Positions 28,064 through 43,785 of a DNA stretch of 64,000 bases are shown here, one piece after another. Within the stretch, counting starts at the first letter, position 1, and the number at the start of each line of letters is the position of its first letter. Both the position numbers and the translations under genes were made by a program. This DNA comes from Eledone cirrhosa. Lineage: Eukaryota. The DNA lies in contig OZ024743.1 in NCBI GenBank assembly GCA_964016885.1, forward strand, positions 342,240,001 through 342,304,000. Reading direction: 5' to 3'. The notes below the pieces were generated by a model. The model made no database searches and was not told the DNA's origin. It saw nothing but the letters and a program-made list of their open reading frames with translations.

Positions 28064-28147
<84 letters not shown>

Positions 28148-28875
28148 ATTTATCATAATAAGAGGACTATAAATGATTATTTATTATATTATATTAAATC
28201 ATTATATTAGTTCTACCTGCAAGGGAAGAACGAACTCTAAATAATGATTCTGTTATTGTACAACATACATATATTTGCACAAACTATATATAGCGTTATA
28301 CCGAACAATAATTATGATTATGTTATTATACATTATAAACATAAATTCACAAAACTATATACAGAGATATACCTAACTATAATTATGATTATGTTATTAT
28401 ACAATATAATAATCCAAGTTTATAATAATAATAATCCAAGTGTTAATCCTGGTAAAAATAATGGCATATATAAACGAAATTCTAATAATTATAATTCAAA
28501 CACCCATACGGCGAACAAATCGAGCAAAAGAACTAGAACTAAATCAGTCATATGCCCCAGCTGCTTCCGTAGCTGTTAGAACACCAATTGTAAACTTACT
28601 CTTTAAAGCTTTGGACAGCTCTTTCCCTAGTCAACATAAATACTATTCCATTTTTAATAGACACACTATTAAATTATTTAATGTTTATAATGTATAATAA
28701 CATAATCATAATTATTGTTCGGTATAACGCTATATATAGTTTGTGCAAATATATGTATGTTGTACAACAACAGAATCATTATTGAGAGTTCGTTCTTCCC
28801 TTGAAGGTAGAACTAATATAATGATTTAATATAATATAGTAAATAATAATTTATAGTCCCCTAATTATGATAAAT

Positions 28876-28932
<57 letters not shown>

Positions 28933-29814
28933 GCTGAAAACTCTGCGTTAATTATTATACTTTAGACAATGTATCTATTTAACAATAAATTCCTTGATAT
29001 TTATAACAGTAAGTACTTCATAAATATTCCATACCGAAAATGTTGACACTGTTACAAGTAATTTTGTTAAACATTACCTTTATGTGAATATTGAACTGTA
29101 TATTTTTGTTTTTTCGTGGGCCTAGTAAATCCTTTAAATTTGTTTTCATAAAACTTCGAATTTTAGAAATGTAACACATTTATAAAATTTATAAAATTTA
29201 TAAAATTAATAAAAATAACCATCAACTTTTAAAACCTAAAATTTTGATTCTTCACCTTAAAATAACATAGATTAAATATTTTGAAATTTAACCGCTAAGT
29301 CTATGAAAATGCCGATGAAAATTTGTGCATAAAGTACTCCCCTTTATCAGTTGCTTTCTCAAGCCAAAAACTTAAAACATTATAACTCCAGAGACGTCTT
29401 CCTCTATAATCCTAATTGTAGTATCCCAGATTTTAAAAACTCTATAACTGTTACATTAAAGCAACGTTTTTCTTACACCTTCTCTATTGATTCTATTACG
29501 TTTTCGCATGTTCTTATTATTAGGGTATACATGTTGAGTTTTCTCATAAGTTAATCACTACCTTGATTAAATCTTAACCATCTAACATCTCATGGTATGT
29601 CATGTACCATTTTATTTTATCTGATGAGGACGTCGTATTGAACCTGATTCAAGTACCTCTCAAATATGTATAATAAAATTTAATTGGTCACAAGAACATC
29701 TATTCTATTAATATTTGAATTTAATATTAATAACTGGAAAATAAATTTTGTAGCGTGCTTCCAATCTACTGTAAAACTCATTCTTTGATGTACTCATTGA
29801 ATCTTGTTTAACTC

Positions 29815-29820
<6 letters not shown>
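27247..29820. mobile_element. About 2.5-kb fold-back PLE insertion: arms 27247-28342 and 28681-29727, Penelope linker fragment in the loop, tail 29728-29820
   Basis: About 1.05-kb inverted arms; loop encodes RTPIVNLLFKALDSSFPSQHKYYSIFNRHTIKL; (TA)n flanks. Confidence 0.9.
27297..27358 (-). ncRNA. Type I HHR motif (mirror copy at 29616-29677 has G12C)
   Basis: TTTAT-CTGATGA-GGA..TTGAA(CCTGA)TTCAA..TCT-GAA-ATATGTAT-A|ATAAA. Confidence 0.7.
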
Positions 29821-30998
<1,178 letters not shown>

Positions 30999-31121
30999 GT
31001 ATATATATAAAATTAAGTATGTGTGTGTGTAGGTGTGTCTGTGTATTACCTATAGGGGCCCACATTATACGACCGATTGTGTGTGTATCTCTCTATCTCT
31101 CTATCTCTCTCTCTTTCTCTC

Positions 31122-31355
<234 letters not shown>

Positions 31356-31724
31356 ATATATATTCTCAGCTTCAGGAGCCTTGGACAAGGATATATCAAG
31401 CAATTGATGTTGTATTTATATAGAATGTGTTCGATTCAGAAGTGTGCAATTCTGAACGAATGTATGGGTGTGATTGCTGCCTGGTGCTCGTATATGAAAT
31501 TTAAATATGTATGCATGGTTTATTAGAATATTAGAATATTAATTAGAATATTAAACTATTTAATTTTAATTCGTTAGCGGGTAGGAGCAACCGCGCGACC
31601 AAACGAGCTCATGGATGTTATCCAATCATCTTGCTCGTGGTCTACCTGTGGGTCTCCTACGATTACCTGGATGTATAAATCAAAGTCAGAATGAAATTTC
31701 TGGTGGTTATGGTTACATAAATTA

Positions 31725-31898
31725 CCGTATTTCCCGGCGTCGAAGACGCTACTCTTTTCCTAAGATAAGTCTCAAAAATCTACCGTGCGTCCTGGAGGTC
31801 GAAGGTTGTTTTTTTTTTTGTTTTTTTTTCAAGTTTTTGGTTGTCAAAATTAGGGTGCGTCCTCGAGGATGAAGCGTCTTCGCCGCCGGGAAATACGG
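31725..31898. mobile_element. Tc2/pogo-like MITE
   Basis: TA|CCGTATTTCCCGGCG..GAAGACGC and GCGTCTTC..CGCCGGGAAATACGG|TA terminal inverted repeats with TA target duplication. Confidence 0.85.
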
Positions 31899-32508
31899 TA
31901 TATTGATCCTGTCTATCATATGGTGAGGAAAATATCATTTCATTCTAAGGAGAAGACTATGCAGACAAATTTCAATAATATATTAGAAACTATATTTTAC
32001 CAAAATAGAAACTTCGAAACCCACATGAAAATACTTAAATAGATTATAACGTTCTGTTGGACAAAAAGGCACATACACTATCATATATGTATGTAATGGA
32101 ATTGAGCTTCGTTGGTTTCGATGTATGCAGAAGCTGATCGAGCCATGAATCAGCCTTCTCGTGAAATTAGTATGCAAGTAATTGGAAACCCCACAGGCAT
32201 TTATACCCTTAATATAATCCTCAGTGATTCAGCGGGAATGTGTGTGATAAGGCTGTTTTGTTCAATTGTAAGTACAGCCCGACCAACGTGCTTCCAGACG
32301 GTTTCTGTGTACCCAATTCCATTCACAATAATCAAGCGGTGCCTATAGCAAATGACACTTGTCATAATAGTAACAGTGTGGTAACGCACCCGGAACCATC
32401 TGATTGTCAATCAGACTTCTCAACAACGGAGCTATGCTGCATCCATTCATTCATACATTCGAACCCACGCACCTACATAGCGAATAGGCACACACACATA
32501 TTCACACA

Positions 32509-32589
<81 letters not shown>

Positions 32590-32593
32590 AAAT

Positions 32594-32975
32594 GATAACA
32601 AGGACGATTGGTTACTCCTTCATTACATTTATTGGTAGGTGACGCGCGTTCCGCCACTGATCAGCTCAAGGTTCGATCTGTATCGATCTTACCCGACTCT
32701 ATAATCGGCAGCTCGACGGACTCTTTAAAATGCTATAAGAAAATTCGTCGAGCTACCGATTATAGAGTCGGCTATGATCGATACATATTGAACCTTGAGC
32801 TAATCAGTGGCGAAACGCGCGTCGCCTACCAATAAATGTAATGAAGGAGTAACCAATCGTCCTTGTTATCCTTACAAAATATTACGCTCTGTATAGCTCT
32901 ACACCTCAACACAGAAGTGAACCTAAACATCGAGTGGTCACCCGGGTGAACCTGCAGTAAATCCAAGTTACACGC
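32594..32975. mobile_element. Fold-back insertion (palindrome 32594-32870, tail to about 32975) with HHR 3' half
   Basis: About 125-bp arms; GC-GAA-ACGCGCGT-C|GCCT..AATAAA. Confidence 0.85.
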
Positions 32976-32976
32976 T

Positions 32977-33063
<87 letters not shown>

Positions 33064-33066
33064 GAT

Positions 33067-33133
<67 letters not shown>

Positions 33134-33278
33134 GATGGAAATATGGTAAGGAACCAGATGGACCATAACGCACCAAAGTACTCTATACTTAAGGTAGTAG
33201 AGTGGGTAATAGGAACAAGTAGGACCCCGACGGCTGAGCTCAAGCCGTCTGGACGGCTAATTCTGTCCAGAATTATTA

Positions 33279-33340
<62 letters not shown>

Positions 33341-33777
33341 GTATAGTTAATAACTCAGGGTAGTCGCTTACAATTAAATAATTCTAAGAGACAAGCTGGG
33401 TTCCGAATTTCACGTGCGATAATTCATATCGTACACAATTCATTCTCTAATAATTTTAGAACTAAAAGGATCACTAATGTTTCAACAAACACTGAGGAGC
33501 AGAGAAACGTGAGAACTTCACTTAATAAGTCGTTGCGAAACAGTCTCCAACACTGTCTAATTGTTACCAGGATTTTTGCCCAATATAGGTCTGTTATATT
33601 TTTTTTATTTTTCTAAATTTAATATTTAAAGTTAAGGATAACAAACTATATTGCTCTAGTTAGTATTTTTTCACCCTACCAAATGTTGGTCCTTACGATT
33701 CGAACACATGTATGTTTATATTAGTGTTCATCTCTCTTGTTTATTCAATTATATATATATGTATATATTTATATATA

Positions 33778-34533
33778 TAATAAAGTATGTTTTCCTACAT
33801 GCAAAAAATGCATATAGGGACACATGTATTATCCAACCATATGCCAATGTGGTTCTATGGCAGGTTAATAAATTAACGAGACAGAACATATATAATCAAG
33901 TTTGAGCAAATAGAGAAAAAGTTTTAAAATAAATTTTTTAAAAGTTTACTGTACCTACTATATTTACCCTTACCGCGCGGTTTCAAGTCTCAAAATAAAT
34001 GGATATACATGCGGAAATTCATTGAGAAGAAGACTTTCGTCAGAGGGTTCTTCTCACTCGGAGAATATAAAATACTCGAGTTCAAATCACGAACTGGGGC
34101 CATACAGAACTGTTCCCGGATGAGAGTATATGATGAAGAAACAACCTTGTCTAGTGCCGTGTGTAAAGATAGAGGCAAGGACGGAAAGGTCAATGTCCTG
34201 CCACTAGAAATAGCAGCAGTTAAAACGACCAAAATGTTATCTCGACCAGGGGAGATTAATAATAATAAAGTATGTTTTCCTACATGCAAAAAATGCATAT
34301 AGGGACACATGTATTATCCAACCGTATGCCAATGTGGTTCTATGGCAGATTAATAAGTGAACGAACCAGAACATATATAATAAAGGTTTAGCAAAAGTCT
34401 TCTTGTCAATGGATTTCCGCATGGATTGTCCATTTATTTTGAGACTTGAAACCACGCGGTAAGGGTAAATATAGTAGGTACAGTAAACTTTTAAAAATTT
34501 ATTTTAAAACTTTTTCTCTATTTGCTAAACCTT

Positions 34534-34540
<7 letters not shown>
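33778..34540. mobile_element. Fold-back insertion with duplicated tail (33778-33905 matches 34264-34393) and inverted arm 34394-34540
   Basis: Direct and inverted homologies read directly; (TA)n on the right. Confidence 0.8.
33966..34048 (-). ncRNA. Canonical type I hammerhead ribozyme
   Basis: ACCCT-CTGACGA-AAGTCT..AGACTT-GAA-ACCGCGCGGT-A|AGGGT; all three stems intact. Confidence 0.9.
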
Positions 34541-35141
<601 letters not shown>

Positions 35142-35839
35142 TAAGATACACACAAAGAGAGAAAGAGATAGAGAGAGAAAGAGAGATAGTAAAATAGATA
35201 ACTAGATAGATACATACATAGAAATATAGATTAATAGAAGTATTGATAGAAAATATTTGCTAAATAATTCCCATAAAAATGTTACATTCAAAATACTGAT
35301 ATAGATAGAACAAAAGACAAATTCTGAAAAATCCTATTTCTGAGTAATTAATTAATTAATCAATGATATAAATGCTTTGAAACATTGCAGGAATTTCTAT
35401 TACATCTCTCAATAGTTTGTGTTAAATGACTGATATTAATTCTTTAATTAATGGAAATTCTCATCAATTAAAATGATTAAGACACTTTAGAGATATGTAC
35501 CATTTCATTTCTTTTAAACTATTACCGGTTTTATCTTTGGATTGTGATTGTGCTGTGCTACATCCTCAAGTCGTCAATTGATTATATCGACTTTATGATT
35601 TTGGCTCGTTCTTATTATCTCCCTCTCTACTGCTCTCTTTATGTCTCTTACACACACACACACAAACAAATAAAAACACACACGTACGCACAGATTCTGT
35701 CATATAGGTACATCTATCTGTGTATATATATGTTCCACTCGTCAGCTGTCATGTAGGAGGCCATTGTGGTTTTAAACCACACGACTCGTCCTAGTGCAGC
35801 AATTGCCTACAAAAATAAGAGATATTTGTGATAGTAACT

Positions 35840-36022
35840 ATTTCTAGTTTTGCCACAAGGCCAGCAATTACCACAGTGCATTACTAGTGCATTATTATAT
35901 CGACCCCGTAAGGTGGAAAGCCAAAGTTAATCACGACGGGATTTGAACTAAGAACGTAAAGGGCCATAACTCTATGCTGCAAAGCATGATGTCTGACGCT
36001 CTACCGATACTGCCAATCCATC
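35840..36022 (-). mobile_element. SINE family A
   Basis: Homology to 57283-57471. Confidence 0.75.
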
Positions 36023-36170
36023 GAGACTAGGCAACAAAATATAATACAGGTAGGAGACTTTCAACTCAAGAGACAATTTTCCGTGACCAAACATCTGTAT
36101 ACCAATACATTTTATAAATATATATGTGTGTGTGTGTGTTTATGTGTTCGTATATGTATATATATATATA

Positions 36171-37045
36171 TACGAGGTGTGTCCGAAAAGTTCCAGGACT
36201 GATGTTACGAAAGATTTATTTCAAACCCAAACTTCACACTAAGAGTTTTCTCCTTCAAAGTAATCCCTCTGGAGTATGTAACTGTAATCTTAGCTCTCTG
36301 CAGCGATCAAACTTTTTTCTTCATAATTTTATATACATGTCCTCTGTTTCAGGTCGTCAAGCAATGAGCACAGAACAACGAACAAACTTGAAGTTTCTGG
36401 TACGGTTGGGGAAAGCTCCGTCAGAAGCACTGGGATTGCTGCAACAAGTGTATGGAGATGAGACGATGTCACGCTCACGTGTTTTTGAGTGGTGCAAGAT
36501 GACCTCAGGAGCGGAAGGCCCTCAACAACCAAGACCGAGGTCAACATTGAGCGCGTCAGGCAGATCGTCGCTGACTGTTCGACTGATGAAAAATGAGCTG
36601 GGCTTGAATCGGGACAGCGTCTGGAAGATTCTCACTGAAGATTTGAACATGCGGAAAGTCTGCGCGAAGATGGTGCCAAAACTGCTGAACGATGACTAGA
36701 AGGATCGACGCATGCAAGTGTGCCAGGACATCCACGAGCGTCTTGAAACCGAACTAGACTTGCTAGAGACAGTCATCACCGGTGATGAGTTATGGATATT
36801 CGAGTACGACCCGAGGGGACCTGTTTTGAAGACGTGGACGACATCAAAAAGGCCGTGACGACGGAACTGTGGAGGATCCCGGAAGAATCCTTCTAAGAGT
36901 GCATGCAAGCGTGGCAGAAAAGGATGGAAAAGTGCATTAGACTCCAGGGGGATTACTTTGAAGGTGAAAACTCTTAGTGTGAAGTTTGGGTTTGAAATAA
37001 ATCTTTTGTGACATCAGTCCTGGAACTTTTCTGACACACCTCGTA
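36171..37045 (+). mobile_element. Internally deleted mariner element with about 105-bp terminal inverted repeats in a TA tract
   Basis: EQRTNLKFLVRLGK..VYGDETMSRSRVFEW, MRKVCAKMVPKLL, VITGDELWIFEYDP, KCIRLQGDYFEG; TACGAGGTGTGTC and GACACACCTCGTA ends. Confidence 0.92.
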
Positions 37046-37729
37046 TATATATATATATACAAAATTTAGTACAGCATCAACGAAGCTCTGGTTGCAGCCA
37101 AGCTAACGAATGCAGTTTCGGTGTGCAGCTAAGCACTCAATAGGGTATATTATCCTAGATTTGTAACATTACGTTTAGACAGCTTTGCAAATCTAACACA
37201 GCGACCGATAGACGGGCCGCAGTGACCATAGCGACGAAAAAGACTGAACTCAGGAAAACATTTTTGACTAACCTGGACCATCCCGTCGATATCATACACA
37301 ACATATAATATATAGCATATAGTATACATCACATACAATATATAACATCTCCGCTAGGCTTCTGTAATTCCGAAATCGACAAAATCCACTTGTAGAGGTC
37401 TGCAAGTTGATGGTTTTTGAGGATAGTACAGTGGAGTTTACTTCGTCAACAAGTTTTCAGTTCTCCTCCACCCGAGTGTGTGTTCTAGCAGCCAGCACTG
37501 CTAAAAGGCACATGGTTTTCCCCAAAGGGAGGTAACCCCGGTTTTGGCGGTCAATTCGAATTTGGAACAAAGGAATAAAATTCCCTTACACAAACCGAAT
37601 TAAGCACTCAACTACAAGTTATCAAACAAACATAAACAATTAATCAATCAATAGAATTGTCTAATTAAATTAATCAATTAATCGTTAATTCTAGGAGATA
37701 ATAATACAAAATGTAATATATATATATAT

Positions 37730-38100
37730 GTAGAGGTTATATTTAAATTGTTGGCATACAACAAGCAAAATATTTTTACAACTGATATAAAGCACTCAAC
37801 AAATTATTGGAGTAAATATACAATATATTAACAAATGGAAACTATATTTATAAAACCATATTTATTTCATGATACATATTTCAAGGGCCACCAAGAATTT
37901 GAAACAAATTCCACTATCCAGGAGATTCCAACCAAAATGGTTGCATTTTTTCAGTGCATGTCAATATTTATTTATAAAACTAACCTATATTATATTTTAT
38001 CTGATGAAAGCGCACCATAGTTTGCCTTGGTGGCCCTTGAAATATGTATAATGAAATAAATATGGTTTTATAAATATAGTTTCCATTTGTTAATATATTG

Positions 38101-38105
<5 letters not shown>
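37730..38105. mobile_element. Fold-back insertion (arms about 37816-37894 and 38026-38105; tail 37730-37815)
   Basis: Inverted arms; (TA)n on both sides. Confidence 0.8.
37994..38057 (+). ncRNA. Type I HHR motif
   Basis: ATTTTAT-CTGATGA-AAG..CACCA..TGGTG..CTT-GAA-ATATGTAT-A|ATGAAAT. Confidence 0.75.
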
Positions 38106-38132
<27 letters not shown>

Positions 38133-38232
38133 TATACACATGATATAAAATAATGTTATGTATGTCAATTATACATAAACATAGGCTTTAATATATGCCC
38201 CTATTGTGCATTATGCTCTGTTATGGTAATAT

Positions 38233-38385
38233 TTGTTTCTACTTTTGTGACAAGGCCAGCAATTAACCCAGTGCATTACTGGTGCTTTATTTTATTGACC
38301 CCGTAAGGATAGAATTCAAAGCTAAACTCGGCGCTATTTGAACTCTATGCTGCAAAGCATGGTGTCTGACGCTCTACCGATACTA
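38233..38385 (-). mobile_element. SINE family A (further partial copies at 38619-38723, 40428-40590, 43868-44062)
   Basis: TGTTTCTACTTTT..CAAGGCCAGCAATT..GACCCCGTAAGGAT. Confidence 0.75.
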
Positions 38386-39914
38386 GTAATAACATTGCTT
38401 ATTAATACTAGCCCGTGAAGTACGCACTATATGCAAATGACAATGTCAAGTAGATGTTTCATACGCTATCGCTTTATTTATTCTTTACGTAATACGAAGG
38501 TAGTAAACGTCACTGAAGTTGGATGAAAATCCAGAAACACTAATATCTAGCGTTCTCTCCGGTGAAAAAGTAACGGCATTCACATAAATATACAAGACAC
38601 AAATGGTTCTGAAATATAATTGTTTCTACTTTTGGCACAAGGCCAGCAATTACCCAGTGTATTACTGGTACTTTATTTTATCGACCCCGTAAGGATGAAA
38701 GGCAAAGTTAACCTCGGCGGGATGCAAGGAGGATACGACTAAGAGATATTAATAGGTAACCGCACGCTAGGTCGAACAATAGCTCTTGAATATGTATGTC
38801 TCTCTTTCTCTTAATTTCGAGTACAGCTTTGACCGGCCACCTTCCTGGTGGCAAGGTTGTAAAAGAAAAGAAATTATTATTCCTTGAATGGCAAGAATGT
38901 TTTGCAAGTTTTGAAGGTGCCAGCTACCGCAGCCATTTGTAGGCTATGAATTAAGGAGCTGCACTTTTTGTTCACAAATCGGATTTCAGTTATACTATGT
39001 ATGTATGTATGTATGTATGTATGTATGTATGTATGTATGTATGTATGTAGGTATGTATGTATGTATGTATGTATGTATGTGTGTGTACGTATTTATATAT
39101 GTATGCGTGTGAGGGAGGTCGTGTGTATATTTGCCTTCTTTACTCTTTTACCTGTTTAAGCCATGGCATTATGATTACAATTATACCGCTGCTACACTAT
39201 CCATAGCCTTGTTTCTTTTGTTGACTGTTGATGAATGCAAGAGTTTGATACTGTCGCCTTCATTTGTATTTTTATGTGTGTGCACATACCTTTTCACATG
39301 AGAAGGTGTATTTTATTTTCACGTCGGTTCTTAGAGATCCATGTGTATCCTTACATCTTAGCGATACAAATACGAATTCAAAAACATATGTTCTATCTGT
39401 CAGGTTATGCCTTTCTTCTCACTTTCCAGCTATTGAAGGAATAACGTAGAGAAGAGGTATGACATTTACTAACATTTTCTTTTAAATAAGTTTTGAAATG
39501 ACATGTTTGATGGCACTTGTTCTTTGTTGGCAAAAATCTCAAAATATACTATCCACAAAAAAATATAACCTAATGCCTGACAACTGATCTCTAGATGGAT
39601 ATGTGTGGATGCATCATGGAAGAATTGGGAAGACATTTACATTCCACTCATGAATACATAGATTTGGTCCCACTGCTTGGCATGTTAGGAATGTGTTTTA
39701 CTGTAGTAAAAAACAGTCAGTGAAATTTGTTACACTGGCGTTTCGCCTGATTATCATAAGGTCATCAGTCATATCATTATGTAGACTTAATAAAATTAAT
39801 ATTTATACTCTATTTCGGTAGTATTGCGTGCTCTTTTCTTTCGGCCATCTACTTACGGATATATATATATATACACACACACACAGATACACACACACAC
39901 AGTCACACACACAC

Positions 39915-39980
<66 letters not shown>

Positions 39981-40295
39981 AAGCAGATTAAATTTCGTTT
40001 AAATCGACGGGAAACATTTTCAGCGGGGGTTTGTGCCACCGAGGAGCCATTTGATTAAAATGAAATATACTTATCCGAGTGCCCTGGGCAATGTAGTTTC
40101 AGAATATATATGGTTATGGGGGTCTATCTCCAACACCATTGGAGGAGTTCGTGAACAAACAAACAAACAGACAGGAACTACAACTTTATATAGCGTCCGA
40201 AGCGTTAAGACCCTCTTACTGCTATATGAAGCGTTAACCTAAGATATCTCTTCCATATACTCTACCGATCGTGTTGTTATTTCTGTTTACCTTTT

Positions 40296-40375
<80 letters not shown>

Positions 40376-40591
40376 GTATATATATATATTGTTATACTTG
40401 GGGAGGGTCATATTGTTGTAATAATGGTTTCTTATATTGGCACAATGCCAGTAATTTTTTTTGGGGGGGAGAGGAAAGTCGATTAAATCGAATACAGTAC
40501 GTGACTGGTACTATATTTTATCGACCCCATAAGGATGAAAGGCAAAGTTAACCTCGGCGGGATTTGAGCTCAGGTCATAAAGAGCCGTAAC

Positions 40592-41014
40592 ATATTGTTG
40601 TAATAATATTGCCAGAAATAATAACAGAACTTAATCACTGTTTGGTTGGTTTTCTCTTCTGTTTCTTTTATGTCTACATAGTTAATTTATGTGGCAATCA
40701 ACGTTTATCATTGATTGACCAACGGTTAACAATACAGATATAAATATATATAGTCTATCAAAGAACTTTGGTAAACTATATATATATATATATTTATATC
40801 TGTATTGTTAACCGTTGGTCAATTCAATGATAAACGTTGATTACCAAATAAATTAACTATGGAGATATAAAAGATATAGAAGCGAAAACCAACCAAACAG
40901 TGATTGTGTTATGTTATTATTTCTGGCAATATTATTACAACATGACCCGCCTCAAGTATAACAATATCTGTTTCAACATACGATTTCATATCAAAAACCT
41001 TGCAAAACAAATTC
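40592..41014. mobile_element. Fold-back of Naiad-like termini (arms 40592-40757 and 40776-40943, tail to 41014)
   Basis: Homology to 51366-51598 in both orientations. Confidence 0.75.
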
Positions 41015-42651
41015 ATATATATATATATATTTATAAGACATTTCATATAAAATTCACAATTTATGGCAATTACCGCTGTTTCTGAGTTTGATATAAGGAA
41101 CATACGAAGTTATCTCCTTATTGGCAACCTGGCCTGTGTTCTTGCATCGGAGTGTCCTCTTCTAAAGTTGTATAACATCCAATTGACTGTGTTAAATCTG
41201 GCAACAGATGAAGTCCAATAATGCTATCCAAGGGTAAAAACGAATATCTTTCTCACATATATTTACCAAATTTCACACAAAGACATTACGTTGGCACAAT
41301 GCTGTAGTAGAAAACACTTCATGTACGATCGAACCCAACAGTATGTAGTTGCGAACGAATCATATTAACTATAGCTTTATAGCTTCATCCATCCAATATA
41401 AAGAGAAGACAATCAGTTCTGGAATGCTTTTAAATAAAGCTTCCCAATTATAACTCACCTAGGGGCTATGCCACAACAATATTACAAGCTGCTTATTGTG
41501 AAGCCGTATTAAATTTGATGCCAGTTTACAATCAGATCATAAGATGCTCAAGTAAATCGTCGTATAGTACAAGATATTTATTTTTAATTCGTAGATGGAA
41601 TTTAATATATATTTGTAAGTGAGGCTACGTTTCTTTTTTCACCAATTGTTATTTCCTTTTTCAGATGTTCGTTATATAAGTGAAATTACTAATCTAAAAT
41701 TACATGAACGTATATGTGGCAGTATATGAATGTAATTTTTTATTCTAGGCAACAATATATATGTTTGATGAAAACGAAACCCCAAAAATGTTCTTGCAAG
41801 ATATCAACAGAAAAGGTTTGAATAGTATAATTACATGTCATAGTCAAATACAGAATAATAGTGTGAAGAAAAATATGTTGATGTATAAGCTCTATTCTAT
41901 CATTTATTTTCATTGCCTTCCCACTGTGGCCATGCTGTAACAATGCAATAAACATATTTAAATTGATTATGTCCAGTATTATTTTTATTTGTCAAAACCA
42001 TGTGGCGTACATGATCGTAACTCGTAAGGATTAAATATCGCAATGAATTTTTGTTCGATATCACACACACACACACACAACCACACGCACTCATATACAC
42101 ACCTTCAGAGACACATACACACATATGTGTGTGCGTGTATGTGTGTGGGTGTGTGTGTGGGTGTGTGGGTGTGTGTGTGTTTGCGTGCATGTGATTAAGA
42201 ATGTATTGGGAAAACTGTACAATGCGAATAGCAAATGAAATAGTAGAACCAGAGTAGATAAAAGTGAGAATGACAAAACAAAGCAATAGTGTTTGGCCTC
42301 TACTTCGTCATATTACAATATTAGAATTTCATCATCAAATGAAGAAATATCGGAGCGTTTTCTTCTTATCAGCTATTATGTGTATTGTGACTAATCATTG
42401 GTAGAAATATTTCAGTTGACATGCGCATAACATCAAAATGACCAGTCGGCTCTGTTTAGTTCAGATCTATTGTAAATACTGAGTTTTACTTGTTACTGCA
42501 TTCTTGTGTCAGGAGGTAATACTAATCCACTTGGTGCCAAAACCCTAGAAAACTGAGAGTAACACTGTCCCGTCATATTCAAATGGATTACAATTGACGA
42601 CGTAGCAGCAAACGTATCATCAAACCGCATAGATACTTACATATCCACATT

Positions 42652-42695
<44 letters not shown>

Positions 42696-42698
<3 letters not shown>

Positions 42699-42830
42699 AT
42701 AATAATAAATTTGAAGACTAAAATCCAAAGAGGGCTCGATAAGGATAAATATATATCAAATATATGAGAACCGTAAAGGGTGAAAGCAGCGATTCTTTGC
42801 TTAAACTTTAATCCGTTATTTTAATAAATA
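42696..42830. mobile_element. Mini insertion: inverted tail plus HHR 3' half of the 16873-19605 family
   Basis: Reverse complement of 19516-19600 joined to AAGGGTGAAAGCAGCGATTCTTTGCTTAAAC..AATAAA; (TA)n flanks. Confidence 0.8.
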
Positions 42831-43634
42831 TATATATATAGAGAGAGAGAGAGAGGGGGAGAGGGAGGGATAGGGAGCAACGAGAATCGAATTCCGTTGC
42901 AATTATGTAAATACATACACACGTATACACGCTATAGACATCGGTCTTTAACAAAAAACAAATGATCATAGAAATAATACGCGTGTGTATATATTTATAT
43001 GTGTGTGTGTTTGTGTGTGTGCGTGTGTGTCTGTGTGTGTGTGCGTGTATATGTTTATATGTAATGAAACACGTCCTAAAATGTCACAAATTCTGCTGAA
43101 CATTCAAACAATAATTTGTTCTTTCTTCCCTACCACCATTACAACATCATTTTCCTACATAAATTGAAACACGGTAGGTTTTTTCGCACTTTTCTTTTTA
43201 AATTGAGGAAAATTATATATTGCAATGTTACTGTAATTACCGAGTACATTTGAGAACTAAGCTCTATTTTACTATTTCTTTCTGTTATGTCATGAAGTAG
43301 AACGATGAAAAATCTACAAAAATCTATTTTCAAATTTAGTTAGACGAGATTAAATTTCAGGTCGGAGTGAAGTATTATTTTTTTTTCAGCAGTTTAATAT
43401 TATATGATGTATAATAAAAAATAAAAGAATAGTTTCATGTAATGACTATTAGTTGTAGGGGTTTTGTTGATTTCTCCAATTATACTTATTTTAGATAGTG
43501 ACGATAATTATTTGTTGTCGTTATTAGCTTTCTGTTTTGGGTTATTTTATTCGATATATTATAGTATACTTTTATAACTGTTTCTACTTTTAGCACAAGG
43601 CCAGCAATTATGGTAAAACGCCATCCGATAGGGG

Positions 43635-43785
43635 AGGACACAGCATGGCCGCATGGTTAAGAAGTTAACTTTAGGTGCCGGGCTGGATTCCACTACGTGA
43701 AGATTTGGGCATGTGTGCTTACCATAGCCTCGGGTCGCTCCTGGCTTTGTGAGTGAATTTGGATTGATGGAAACTGTTTGGAGTC
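43635..43785 (+). mobile_element. Degenerate tRNA-derived SINE (family B)
   Basis: TGGCCGCATGGTTAAGAAG..TTGGGCATGTGT..ATAGCCTCGGGTCG..GTGAGTGAATTTGG..GGAAACTG. Confidence 0.65.

Noticed and set aside
27247-29727. Palindromes as long-read chimera artefacts
   Set aside because: Arms carry many substitutions and different microsatellite lengths, and end-points recur across independent copies
31983-32450. Possible host exon
   Set aside because: No identifiable protein similarity or splice evidence
39731-39768. HHR-like core on the minus strand (CTGATGA..GAAACGCCAGTGTA)
   Set aside because: Stem I does not pair; too degenerate to call. The same applies to CTGACGA hits at about 22113, 56881 and 57661
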